Below, in pieces: positions 47,950-56,953 of a DNA stretch of 64,000 nucleotides. How positions within the stretch are numbered: the stretch's first letter is position 1; each line of letters opens with the position of its first letter. Below the pieces are notes generated by a model. The model had not been told where the DNA came from. It saw only the letters and a program-made list of their open reading frames with translations, and searched no databases. This DNA is from Bacillota bacterium. GTDB lineage: Bacteria > Bacillota > Clostridia > Christensenellales > UBA1242. The stretch is taken from contig WRCD01000002.1 of NCBI GenBank assembly GCA_009784185.1, forward strand, positions 53,384 through 117,383. The letters run 5' to 3'. Made by a program: the position numbers and the translations under genes.

Positions 47950-48877
47950 GTCACGGGGACGGAGGTGTTGACACAGAAAACAGTTGACAACGTCCACAAA
48001 AACTCTTACAATCTAAATTGTAGGAGTTTTTGTTTATGCCAAGGAAAGCAAGAAAAGATACAGATGGAAAGTTTTTCCATGTAATGGTGCAGGGGATTGG
48101 TAAAGAATATATTTTTCCTGATGACGATTGCAAAGGCTATTATCTATCCTGTTTGAAGAAAAGTAAAACCAAGCTTCCCGCTAAAATACTTGCTTATTGC
48201 GTGATGGGCAACCATGCGCATGTTTTGGTGAGTGTTCAAAATGCGCAGGAGCTAGCTTTGTTTTTAAGGCAAGCAAACGGAGATTACGCCAGATATTATA
48301 ACAACACTCGCAACAGGGTGGGCTACGTGTTTAGAGACAGGTATCGGAGCGAAGTGATTCAAGATGAGCGATATTTAATACATTGTGTGGCATACATACA
48401 CAACAACCCGTTAAAGGCGGGGTTGGTGGAACGTGCAGAAAACTATAAATATTCAAGCTATGTTAATTACTTAACCAAGAAGGGCATGGTAGATTTTGAT
48501 GAGGCGGCTAAGTTGTTTGATACAAGTGAGAGAAGCATGAGAGCTATCATGTTGGAAAAAACCGGAGCGAACTGGCTGGAGCATGACGACAAAGAATATG
48601 AAGACAAACACAAAGTATTGACTGAATTAATAAAAAAGTATAATATATCGTCAAAGGCATCGGTTAGAAACGAAGAACTTGCTAAGGCGCTGACTATGGA
48701 GTTGCAAGAGAGAAGCGGTGTCAGTTTGCGGGAAGTCGCAATATTATTGGAGGTTAGCCGAGAATGGTTAAGAAGAGTTGTGTCAACACCCCCGTCCCCC
48801 TGACCATCCCCGTGACCACCCCCGTCCCCCTGACCATCCCCCTGACCACCCCCGTCCCCCTGACCATCCCCCTGACC
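47950..48877 (+). mobile_element. RAYT-like Y1 transposase element with 25-bp inverted ends and a tandemly amplified right end
   Basis: 47950-47974 and 48780-48804 are inverted repeats (23/25 match); a 30-bp unit is repeated three times at 48787-48876. Confidence 0.8.
48036..48803 (+). CDS. REP-associated tyrosine transposase (IS200/Y1_Tnp HUH family)
   Basis: MPRKAR, FHVMVQG, AYCVMGNHAH (HUH), GYVFRDRYRS, YIHNNPLKAG, YKYSSY, C-terminal HTH. Confidence 0.92.
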   Translation: MPRKARKDTDGKFFHVMVQGIGKEYIFPDDDCKGYYLSCLKKSKTKLPAKILAYCVMGNHAHVLVSVQNAQELALFLRQANGDYARYYNNTRNRVGYVFRDRYRSEVIQDERYLIHCVAYIHNNPLKAGLVERAENYKYSSYVNYLTKKGMVDFDEAAKLFDTSERSMRAIMLEKTGANWLEHDDKEYEDKHKVLTELIKKYNISSKASVRNEELAKALTMELQERSGVSLREVAILLEVSREWLRRVVSTPPSP

Positions 48878-49330
48878 ATGGACAAAAAAGAGTTTTTCAG
48901 AATTACGCAGGAAGTCTTTGCTGAATATGGGTTTAAGGTGGATGGGAAGTATTTTTATTTAGATTTGTCAGAGGTTCATATTACTGCAGTCCTTGCAAAA
49001 GCACATGGCATTTATTTCTTGGGGTATAATTTTAGTATTAAAGCAATACATGAAGGGGAAATTAAGCCTAGAGACGAATTTGCCGGACACGACAGTCACT
49101 TGATAAACATGAGCAATTATAAAAATGAACGGTGGCTTGAATATGAAAACATGCCAAAAGAGACGTACATTAATGACCTAAAAGAAATGCTTCCAAGATA
49201 TTTTAATCCGTACAAAAAAGATGCTATAGGTTACATTAAAAAAATTGCTGTTATACCGGGCGTTATTTACAAAAAAGACATAGTGGTAATCTTCAAAGAA
49301 GCGCAGGCATATTTAGGAATCAAGTATTAA
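48878..49330 (+). CDS. Hypothetical protein
   Basis: ATG right after the tandem repeats; the longer ORF-track start translates the repeats. Confidence 0.65.
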   Translation: MDKKEFFRITQEVFAEYGFKVDGKYFYLDLSEVHITAVLAKAHGIYFLGYNFSIKAIHEGEIKPRDEFAGHDSHLINMSNYKNERWLEYENMPKETYINDLKEMLPRYFNPYKKDAIGYIKKIAVIPGVIYKKDIVVIFKEAQAYLGIKY

Positions 49331-49352
49331 TAGTAACAGAGGGAGAGAGTTT

Positions 49353-49826
49353 TTGAGCAATATTTTAGTTATTAAAAATCCTAGCATGAATAATGAAACT
49401 TTTAAAAAGTTCATTATTGATTTGAGTAAAGAGGCATTACAAGACGGGGCTTTATCAGACCCACGAGTTTACATAGAAAATGATAATCCTGATAAAGTTG
49501 GCGATTGGTTTATCTTCCCCATGCCATCAAACAATGATGAGGAAAAAATTAGTTCTTGGAAATTCATGCTAGATTACATAAAAAACACCAACCGAACGCA
49601 ATTGTATTTTGCTGGAGATTTCCACTCTACACAAATTGACACAGGCAAAAAGAGCAGTTCTTTAATCGTCTTATATGCAGATGACAAAGGGATTTACGAA
49701 GTACACAGCATTCCATATGAAAGAAAACTTTTCAAAGGCATAACTTTCGGGGAAATGCAAGCAAGTAATATGGAATTTTGGTGGCTGAAAGACCTGCTTG
49801 ATTTTTGGAAAAACAATAATAAATGA
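49353..49826 (+). CDS. Hypothetical protein
   Basis: 157 aa AT-rich ORF; TTG start after GGGAG. Confidence 0.65.
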   Translation: MSNILVIKNPSMNNETFKKFIIDLSKEALQDGALSDPRVYIENDNPDKVGDWFIFPMPSNNDEEKISSWKFMLDYIKNTNRTQLYFAGDFHSTQIDTGKKSSSLIVLYADDKGIYEVHSIPYERKLFKGITFGEMQASNMEFWWLKDLLDFWKNNNK

Positions 49827-49882
49827 CAAGGCGAGAAGCAGTAATTACTACTGCTTTCTTAATTTCTGAAAAGGAGCAAGAA

Positions 49883-50080
49883 ATGAAAAATACAAACACT
49901 ATGCCTCACGGAATATCCGTGATTTATTTTAACGAGCCACATAGAAACATATATGCAAAACCGCCACCGGACAGAGAGCAGGCAAAACGGCTGGCAAAGC
50001 GAATTTATAAAGACGCTATGACAGCCGTTGCAGGAGAGAAAGCAAATGTCAAGTTACTTTGCCAAGCTATTGCCGGATAG
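49883..50080 (+). CDS. Small hypothetical protein
   Basis: ATG after AAGGAG SD inside ORF 49823-50080. Confidence 0.45.
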   Translation: MKNTNTMPHGISVIYFNEPHRNIYAKPPPDREQAKRLAKRIYKDAMTAVAGEKANVKLLCQAIAG

Positions 50081-50333
50081 TCTATAATCCGACAATGGAA
50101 AATCCACTTGTAAATAATAGTAAAACCTGTTATACTGTACCAAAGTGGTGTGCGTGTTTAACGCAACCCGCTTCACCAATCGCGAGTGAGTCGAGCCATG
50201 GCAGCTCGACTCCCACGCAGTCGTTCACCACAGTTCGACTAGAAACTCAAAAATTCGTACTGGTAATTAGCCGTGGCAGTTTTTGTTTATTGCAGTTTGA
50301 CAATGATAAATAGTGGGAGTATGATAAATAATC

Positions 50334-50969
50334 ATGACAAGGAAAGCAAACATTTGGCTGATATGTAGCATCTCAGTTGTTGCTGTTGCAGTCATTGCGA
50401 CTGTGGGTGGTGTACTGTTGGCAATGTATTTTCCAAGTATGAATTTCAAACTTGGATTGGTGTTTAAACTTGAAGATAAAAATATGTACATGATGGCTCT
50501 TGATGCCCACATAGATAACGGTGGCGGCGAGGGCGGCGGCGGTGTTCAAAACGATAACGATGCTATACATATCCATCCGAAAAATCTTAACGACTACTTT
50601 ATCGTTTATGCGCCTATTTCGGGTACAGTAAAAATCGAATACGGAACAATTCAAAACGAAGCAAACCAACCAAAAAACCACATGGTAAATATAAGCATAT
50701 GCCCCAAACTTGGCATAGAAATCCATTTTTCTTATGAACCATATACAAACACCCAACAAGACTTGGAATTAATAAAAGAACTTATGTACGCCAAGAACGG
50801 TAAAAAAGTAAAACAAGGCGACCCGCTTTTCAAGTTTGTTTCTGTTGGAAGTTATGCGCATGTTTGCTTTTCTGTTTTTACAACCAGCGGAAAGCGGTAT
50901 CACCCTTTTGACTTTATGACAGACGAAACAAAAGGATATTACGAAAGCATATCCATTCCGAAACCTTAA
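50334..50969 (+). CDS. Membrane-anchored M23/LytM-fold-like protein (degenerate metal motifs)
   Basis: N-terminal TM, VYAPISGTV, GKKVKQGDPL, AHVCFSV, HPFDF. Confidence 0.6.
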   Translation: MTRKANIWLICSISVVAVAVIATVGGVLLAMYFPSMNFKLGLVFKLEDKNMYMMALDAHIDNGGGEGGGGVQNDNDAIHIHPKNLNDYFIVYAPISGTVKIEYGTIQNEANQPKNHMVNISICPKLGIEIHFSYEPYTNTQQDLELIKELMYAKNGKKVKQGDPLFKFVSVGSYAHVCFSVFTTSGKRYHPFDFMTDETKGYYESISIPKP

Positions 50970-51130
50970 CTATGCTCTTTTCGTTTAGGGCATCATAGTC
51001 AAAGCCGTTGTCTTTTAGCGATTGTTTAACTTCGTCAAAGGTCAACGGTTTTTTGTTGCATTGCAAAAAGTGTAGTGTTATAATAAGTGCATACTAAAGG
51101 AAAGTAAAAAGATAAAAGGAGAAATTGAAA

Positions 51131-52537
51131 ATGACGTTTAAGAAAGGTAATCTCAAAGGAGTTCAAAAACTGCTTGGCTTAATGGTCGTTTCGTCGCTTG
51201 TATTACTTTGCGGAATTACATTCGCAACTGCGGGCATGCCGGGGAACAAAGGCATCGGAACTGTGCACGCGTCGGCGCCAACCGGCTCTGTTACCTGGGA
51301 ATTTACGGCTGCAACTCCAAACGCAAGCGGCATCAACGATACGCACTTCAACGGGACTTACGCTTGGGACAGAGACTCGCTAACCTTGACCTTGGAAAAC
51401 TTTGTCTATTCATCTTCGGCAGCACGTACGCTTATGTTGCCCGATGGTGCAACCTTAACTTGTAAAGGTGTCAACACGCTGATAAACACAAACATGTACA
51501 TCGGTCCAGAGATTGCAGATTCAGTCGTTATATTCGTTGCAGCAGGTCGTGCGTTAACAATTAACGGCAGCGGAACTTTGAGTGCCTATTGTATCGGAAG
51601 TGTTGATTGGTATTCCGCGGCTATTGAAGGCCGTCAGGATAGTGTCATTACTATAACCGGTGATGTTACCGTAAATGCAAAAGGCGGGACCACTATGTTT
51701 GGCGTCGATACTTTTGTGGGCCATCGCAGTAGTGGCATTCTGTATGCAGACCTTATTATCAGCGGAAATGCAAAAGTTACGGCAACCGGAGGGACAAGTG
51801 TTTCTTGGAGTTATGGTATACAGTATAGTGGTTCCGGCTCGTCTGTGACAATTTGTGATTCGGCCTCTTTGATTGCAACGGGCGGTACTTTGGTTGTTGA
51901 TTCAAGCAACTATAGCGTTGGTGTTTATTCCCCTAACGCCACTCTTACTGTTAATGATTCAGCATCTTTAATTGCCAAAGGCGGCACAGGCCATCAAAGC
52001 GCGGGTATTATATTCGGTGGCGGCATTCTTACTATCAATGATTCAGCATCTGTGATTGCCGATGGCGGCGCAGGTCGTGAGAACATAGGTATTATAAATG
52101 ACGGCACTGCCGCTATTGCAATTAACGGCGGTTCACTTGAGGCGTTTGGCGACGATAGGGCTTTTATTAGACCTTATACCGTTCCGAATGATTTCAAGTA
52201 TTCATTCAGCGGGAACATAGACGGAAGCAACCCTGCCACGGGCACTAGTAATGGCAGTTTTTCTATTGGCAACTCGTCTCAATATAAGTGGGCGAAAATC
52301 TGGAAACATGTCGAAACGACGGGCGGCGGCGGTGACGGCGGAGATGGTGATGGCGGAGATGGCGGAGATGGTGACGGTTCGGGCGGCGGTTCAGACGGCG
52401 ATGGTACAGAACCCGGTGGTAATGGTGGTTTGAGCACCGGCGCGGTTGTAGGTATTGCTGTAGGTTCTTCGGCAGCGGCGGCGGGCGTAACATTTGGAAT
52501 TTGTTGGTTTTTGTTAAGAAAAAGGAAAGTGGTGTAA
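51131..52537 (+). CDS. Surface beta-helix repeat protein with signal peptide, Gly/Asp linker and C-terminal TM anchor
   Basis: Repeats 'TINDSASLIA.GG...S.GI', GGDG linker, GLSTGAVVGIAVG...FLLRKRK. Confidence 0.8.
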   Translation: MTFKKGNLKGVQKLLGLMVVSSLVLLCGITFATAGMPGNKGIGTVHASAPTGSVTWEFTAATPNASGINDTHFNGTYAWDRDSLTLTLENFVYSSSAARTLMLPDGATLTCKGVNTLINTNMYIGPEIADSVVIFVAAGRALTINGSGTLSAYCIGSVDWYSAAIEGRQDSVITITGDVTVNAKGGTTMFGVDTFVGHRSSGILYADLIISGNAKVTATGGTSVSWSYGIQYSGSGSSVTICDSASLIATGGTLVVDSSNYSVGVYSPNATLTVNDSASLIAKGGTGHQSAGIIFGGGILTINDSASVIADGGAGRENIGIINDGTAAIAINGGSLEAFGDDRAFIRPYTVPNDFKYSFSGNIDGSNPATGTSNGSFSIGNSSQYKWAKIWKHVETTGGGGDGGDGDGGDGGDGDGSGGGSDGDGTEPGGNGGLSTGAVVGIAVGSSAAAAGVTFGICWFLLRKRKVV

Positions 52538-52554
52538 ATAAAGGAGGCTAGCGA

Positions 52555-52893
52555 ATGTTTTTAGCAATATTGTTTCTTTTAGCCGAAATTATTTTAATCC
52601 TGACCATTGTGTTTTCTGTTATGTTTTTGCCGGTATCCGTTACATTTACCTGCTTGTTTTTTCCGCTGCGGAAAAAGAATCTTAAAGAACTAAGCCCCAA
52701 ACAAAAGAAAATGGCCGGGCAAAGTTTTGATAGATTTAAAAATTCAAAAAAAGGCAAAAAAACACCGGACTTGAAAATAGAACAATACTTGCCTATTCTT
52801 GCCAAGCGCGGTAAAAAATATCTGATTGTATCAATTGTTTTTGCGGTTTATCTCATTGCGGCAATCGGTTTGTATGCGGGGGTGTTCCAATGA
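52555..52893 (+). CDS. Small membrane protein
   Basis: Two hydrophobic segments flanking a basic loop; AAGGAGG SD. Confidence 0.65.
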   Translation: MFLAILFLLAEIILILTIVFSVMFLPVSVTFTCLFFPLRKKNLKELSPKQKKMAGQSFDRFKNSKKGKKTPDLKIEQYLPILAKRGKKYLIVSIVFAVYLIAAIGLYAGVFQ

Positions 52894-53699
52894 AGTTAAC
52901 GAAATACGCGGGAACAATGGTTGCTTATATTTCAATTTTTGTTTTAGTATTTGGCGGGCTGTCGGGGTTTTTCCTGTTTGGCAACAGCGGCAAGCTTGTA
53001 ATTTATAATCTTGGCATAGATATGGCGGCTTATGCTGACCCTAACCCGAACAGAAACGAGCATATTATTTCGTTTAGTGGTTTTGGTATGGTAGACGAAA
53101 GCGGTCAGATTCAAGCGTGCTTTAAGTTTTATACAAAAGAAGATGCAATTGTTCGTGCTCCGTGTGACGGAGTGATTATGAACGTGGAGTGGCAAGAGGA
53201 GAGCAATGATTACTCCGTTATGATTAAGCCAAAAGTGAAACGCTTTCTTAATTTCGGCAGGGTGGATTGGTTTATTGATATGGACCATGTAAGAAACATA
53301 GGCAGCATAAAAGTCGGCGACAAAGTTAGTGCCGGCGACCCCTTGGGCAACCCCGGCTACTTTCAGAGAAGCAATGATTTTATAGCGGAAGATTGCTATA
53401 TGTTTGAAGTTGATATTCAAGTTTTGGTTGGAGCAACTCATTACGCGCCGTTCTTATTCCTTGATAGTTCTGTTAAAGACAAGTATGACAAGGAAGTAAC
53501 TCAGCTGATGCAAGATTTGGATGCCCGTGCTGCGGGCGGACGGCTGCTTTACAAAGATAGAACCACCGGTGAAACAACACCGTGGTTTGATTATGACGCT
53601 ATGGCTGCAGCCGGTGTCGGCGCAGGGTGTTTACTAGAAAAGATTCCGGAGAAATGGTACAGGGACCCAAGCCAAACTGACTATTACAGAGGCGGCTGA
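52890..53699 (+). CDS. Membrane-anchored M23/LytM-fold-like protein (degenerate metal motifs)
   Basis: N-terminal TM, VRAPCDGVI, DHV, KVGDKVSAGDPLG. Confidence 0.65.
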   Translation: MKLTKYAGTMVAYISIFVLVFGGLSGFFLFGNSGKLVIYNLGIDMAAYADPNPNRNEHIISFSGFGMVDESGQIQACFKFYTKEDAIVRAPCDGVIMNVEWQEESNDYSVMIKPKVKRFLNFGRVDWFIDMDHVRNIGSIKVGDKVSAGDPLGNPGYFQRSNDFIAEDCYMFEVDIQVLVGATHYAPFLFLDSSVKDKYDKEVTQLMQDLDARAAGGRLLYKDRTTGETTPWFDYDAMAAAGVGAGCLLEKIPEKWYRDPSQTDYYRGG

Positions 53700-53759
53700 T
53701 ATGAAATTGAAAGTGAAAGCACTTATTGTATTTTACAAGTATCTTAAGGAGGAAGGATT

Positions 53760-55181
53760 ATGCCGGTTATAACCTTAATCTGTCCGCAATGCGGCGGGCA
53801 AGTCGGTCTGGATGATTCTAAGGAAATAGGTTTTTGTAATCATTGCGGAACCAAAATGATTATTAAAGACGAAATAACAAACAATACATACAACACAACC
53901 CACAATGTTACACGCAGTACAAATGTTAAGCAAAACATTACAAAAGTAATTCATGGCAATGTGTACGGTGCGGAAGCCGATAAAACTACAGAAGAACTAA
54001 TGGCGGATGGTTACAGACTTTTAAAAACAGACCGCACTAAGGGCCTTGAAAAGTTTTGGCAGGCGGTAGAGGCCGACCCCGACAATTACCACACGTGGCT
54101 TACTTACGCAAGAGTCAGCGATGAGCGCGATGATAAACGCTGCTCGCCTTATTACAATTCCACTCCTGTTAAAGAGCTGAAAAAAGCGTGGGAACTGGCT
54201 GACGGGGCAGGAAGGGAAGAGATGCGCGAAGACATTATAGCAGGCATTGAAACCTGCCGCAAAGACGAAGGGTATTGCTATCAAAAACAAGAGCCTAAAT
54301 TTTGGGAAAGCCAGGCAAAAAGCTGCCCGCAAAATTGTTATATACAACTCGCTATTGAGCTTGGCGGAGAGATTGGGGTTGTTGGTTTGCGTGCAAAAAT
54401 TGAAAAACTGATTGCGTGCAGCAAAACCTTAGCCGGATATGAAGCGCAACGTTTCTTTTATGACGAGATAGAAAGAGAACACGAAAAAATTAAAGCGCTT
54501 AATACAGATGCTAAAATTAAAGAGGAATTTGAAAAGTTCCGCAACAAGATGTGGAATGAGCGTTTTGATGAGTTCATTGAAAACGAAATTGACGGGGGCA
54601 GCCTTAGCCGATTGAGTCATGTTGACATAAGCGACAAAGACCTGTATTTCTACCATGTAGATTTTTATAAGAAAGCAGCCGAACGAATGTTGGAGGCAAG
54701 GCCAGATGATTACCGCTCGCATTTGTTTATGGCAAAGGTATTTTGCAGCAATAACAAATACTGGAAGGAAATATATGGAATTCTTTCTATAAAGCATAAA
54801 GATGCGGAAGAGGCTGAGGCCGCGGTTTTAAGGGCTTATGACATGGCCGATGAAGAGGGCAAGGAGCTGGTTAACAGATTTATTGATGAAAATCCAGGTA
54901 TAGATAATCCTATTGCGGCAAGAGAGGCAGGAAAAAGGGAGGATGATTTAAAGAGCTCCTTATCTAAACTGGTTGAGGAATACAAAGAAATAATACAAAG
55001 CGGAAATGCTAAAGCAGAGAAGCAATTTTTCTCTCGCAACAGTTCCTTTATGGCAACACAGTTTGGTATCAAAAGAATTAAAGAGTCACAAAAAGCCGCC
55101 CAAAAATTTGCAAAAGTTGCAAACAGGGGTGGGGTGGATTGGGACTTGTTTGCGTCCGTGATTTTGCAATATTGGAAGTAG
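53760..55181 (+). CDS. N-terminal zinc-ribbon protein with TPR-like helical region
   Basis: CPQCGG...FCNHCGT; QAVEADPDNYHTW; AAGGAGG SD. Confidence 0.75.
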   Translation: MPVITLICPQCGGQVGLDDSKEIGFCNHCGTKMIIKDEITNNTYNTTHNVTRSTNVKQNITKVIHGNVYGAEADKTTEELMADGYRLLKTDRTKGLEKFWQAVEADPDNYHTWLTYARVSDERDDKRCSPYYNSTPVKELKKAWELADGAGREEMREDIIAGIETCRKDEGYCYQKQEPKFWESQAKSCPQNCYIQLAIELGGEIGVVGLRAKIEKLIACSKTLAGYEAQRFFYDEIEREHEKIKALNTDAKIKEEFEKFRNKMWNERFDEFIENEIDGGSLSRLSHVDISDKDLYFYHVDFYKKAAERMLEARPDDYRSHLFMAKVFCSNNKYWKEIYGILSIKHKDAEEAEAAVLRAYDMADEEGKELVNRFIDENPGIDNPIAAREAGKREDDLKSSLSKLVEEYKEIIQSGNAKAEKQFFSRNSSFMATQFGIKRIKESQKAAQKFAKVANRGGVDWDLFASVILQYWK

Positions 55182-55226
55182 TCTGAAAGCTTTGCAGTAA
55201 ACCGCTTTTTATGCTACAATAAGCCC

Positions 55227-56036
55227 ATGCATGACATATTGGTATTTTTAAGCAGCACAATGACCACTCCAACGCCGTTTGGATGGTTTCATATTATGTG
55301 GCTGGTAATTACGGTTGCGGCAACGGTGCTGCTATGCGTGTTTTTCCGGAAATGCACCGATAAGCAATACCGGTGGATAATGCTTACAATCGGCATCATC
55401 TGCATTTTAATGGAGGTTTATAAGCAGGTGGTTGTCTCATACAATATAGGCACTCAAACCTGGAGTTACAAGTGGCATATCTTTCCGTTTTTAATGAGTT
55501 CAACTCCTATATACGCTTGTTTGATTATCGGCTTTGTTAAGAATATTTCTTTCAGAAACTGGCTGACCGCGTATTTGGCAACTTTTATCATGTTTGGCGG
55601 ATTTGGGGTAATGGTTCAACCGGGGCAGGTGTTTACGGCTACAATCGGCGTAAACATTCAAACCATGTTTTTGCATGGCGCAATGTTTGTGGTTGGCGTG
55701 TTTACAATAGTATCAGGCAAGTGTGGAGTAGATTGGCGGAGCAGCTGGAAAACAATACTTAAGGGCATGGCGGTTTTTGCTGTATGTGTAGCCATAGCAT
55801 TGGCGCTTAATCTTATTACCTGGGCAGCTGAAATCGGGCAATATTTCAATATGTTTGAAATCAGCCCGTATTACCCAAACAGATGGCCGATACTGGCCGG
55901 CATCTGGGAGAACCAGCACTATGTGGTGTTTCTGCTGGCATATTATGCAATAATGTCATTCTTTGCCGCACTGTTTTATTACATGGTGCTCGGCATTAAA
56001 ACCGGAGTTGCAAAGTTGGCGCAGAAACGCAGTTAG
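55227..56036 (+). CDS. YwaF/TMEM164-like integral membrane protein
   Basis: FGWFH, E.YKQ, W..FPF..SS, QTMFLHG, FNMF.ISPY. Confidence 0.7.
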   Translation: MHDILVFLSSTMTTPTPFGWFHIMWLVITVAATVLLCVFFRKCTDKQYRWIMLTIGIICILMEVYKQVVVSYNIGTQTWSYKWHIFPFLMSSTPIYACLIIGFVKNISFRNWLTAYLATFIMFGGFGVMVQPGQVFTATIGVNIQTMFLHGAMFVVGVFTIVSGKCGVDWRSSWKTILKGMAVFAVCVAIALALNLITWAAEIGQYFNMFEISPYYPNRWPILAGIWENQHYVVFLLAYYAIMSFFAALFYYMVLGIKTGVAKLAQKRS

Positions 56037-56043
56037 AACAAAC

Positions 56044-56066
56044 AAAAACCACCGATTAGGTGGTTT
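56044..56066. terminator. Bidirectional terminator
   Basis: AAAAACCACCGATTAGGTGGTTT between convergent genes. Confidence 0.7.
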
Positions 56067-56070
56067 ATTG

Positions 56071-56778
56071 TTATTCTACATTTTCGTTTAAGCTGTTCAT
56101 GTAATCTAAAAAGAGCTTTAAAATTTCTTCTTTACTGTTGGTTTTAGCCAGTTCTCTGTAATACATCGGCTTGCCTATAGTAATCTGTTTTTTGTTTGCG
56201 CGTGTGTAATGCACTGTGTAAATGGGCAGGTCAATTCCGTGTTTGGTGTAATATATTTTGGCCAGCTGTAAAAATCCCGGCCATAATTTCTCTATTTTTT
56301 CATTATAGCCTTTGCTGCTGTCCTCGGGAAAGATTAATACAGGAACCTCGGCGTTGAGGCAATCTATTGAGTATTCAAAAGTGTGGCGCAGACGGTCGTC
56401 ATAATAAACCGGCACTACTCCAACAGAAGCGTATACAAATCCGGCAACCAGACCGAACAATGTGGCAACCACAAATGCGCGCGGCTTTTTCCAGCCCAGC
56501 TTCTGGCGGTAAAAAACATAGTATAGGTATTTCCAGCGGCTGATAAAGCCCTCGCACATCTGGTGTGCACCCCATGGCATATAATACTTGCCCAGATACG
56601 CGCCCTGGCTGACCGGTCCGCCGGCTCCGTTGTGGTTGCTTATTATTATACACTTATCGGGCAGAGGAGAATCGTTTAGGTTTACAAGCTTTATTTTTGC
56701 TTTAAAGGTTTTAACAAAAAACCTGATTAATTTTGCAAACCAGCCGAGCTCCTTTCTAACCTTAAACTTTCTTTTCAT
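56071..56778 (-). CDS. PlsC-like (LPLAT) acyltransferase
   Basis: IIISNH, VVPVY, VLIFPED, IGKP. Confidence 0.75.
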   Translation of the reverse strand: MKRKFKVRKELGWFAKLIRFFVKTFKAKIKLVNLNDSPLPDKCIIISNHNGAGGPVSQGAYLGKYYMPWGAHQMCEGFISRWKYLYYVFYRQKLGWKKPRAFVVATLFGLVAGFVYASVGVVPVYYDDRLRHTFEYSIDCLNAEVPVLIFPEDSSKGYNEKIEKLWPGFLQLAKIYYTKHGIDLPIYTVHYTRANKKQITIGKPMYYRELAKTNSKEEILKLFLDYMNSLNENVE

Positions 56779-56953
56779 TTGAAAACCGCCAGTTGTTTGT
56801 TATGTAATATTGCCATTATAGTCTAGTTTATGATTTTGTCCAAATGTTTTGTCATGGTTTCTTTCAATTCCCTGTCTATTCGTGAAAAACAGGCAAAGAA
56901 TGCGGTTTTGCCGGGGGTGCCGGCAAAGGAGAAAGGATGTATACTTTTCCTAA

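Noticed and set aside
48036-48803. RAYT as the obvious mobiliser of family A repeats
   Set aside because: No family A unit flanks it (nearest recognisable units are about 7-8 kb away, apart from an 11-bp fragment in yabQ) and it has distinct ends. Action in trans cannot be excluded from this window alone.
48781-48877. Possible CRISPR array in the 30-bp tandem repeats
   Set aside because: Units are contiguous with no unique spacers and no cas genes; they derive from the transposase end.
52321-52405. GGCGGAGATGGT-type repeats as a DNA element
   Set aside because: Explained by a Gly/Asp low-complexity linker in a surface protein.
45968-56780. Prophage or ICE at tRNA-Glu
   Set aside because: No integrase, structural, relaxase or conjugation genes, and no att duplication seen.
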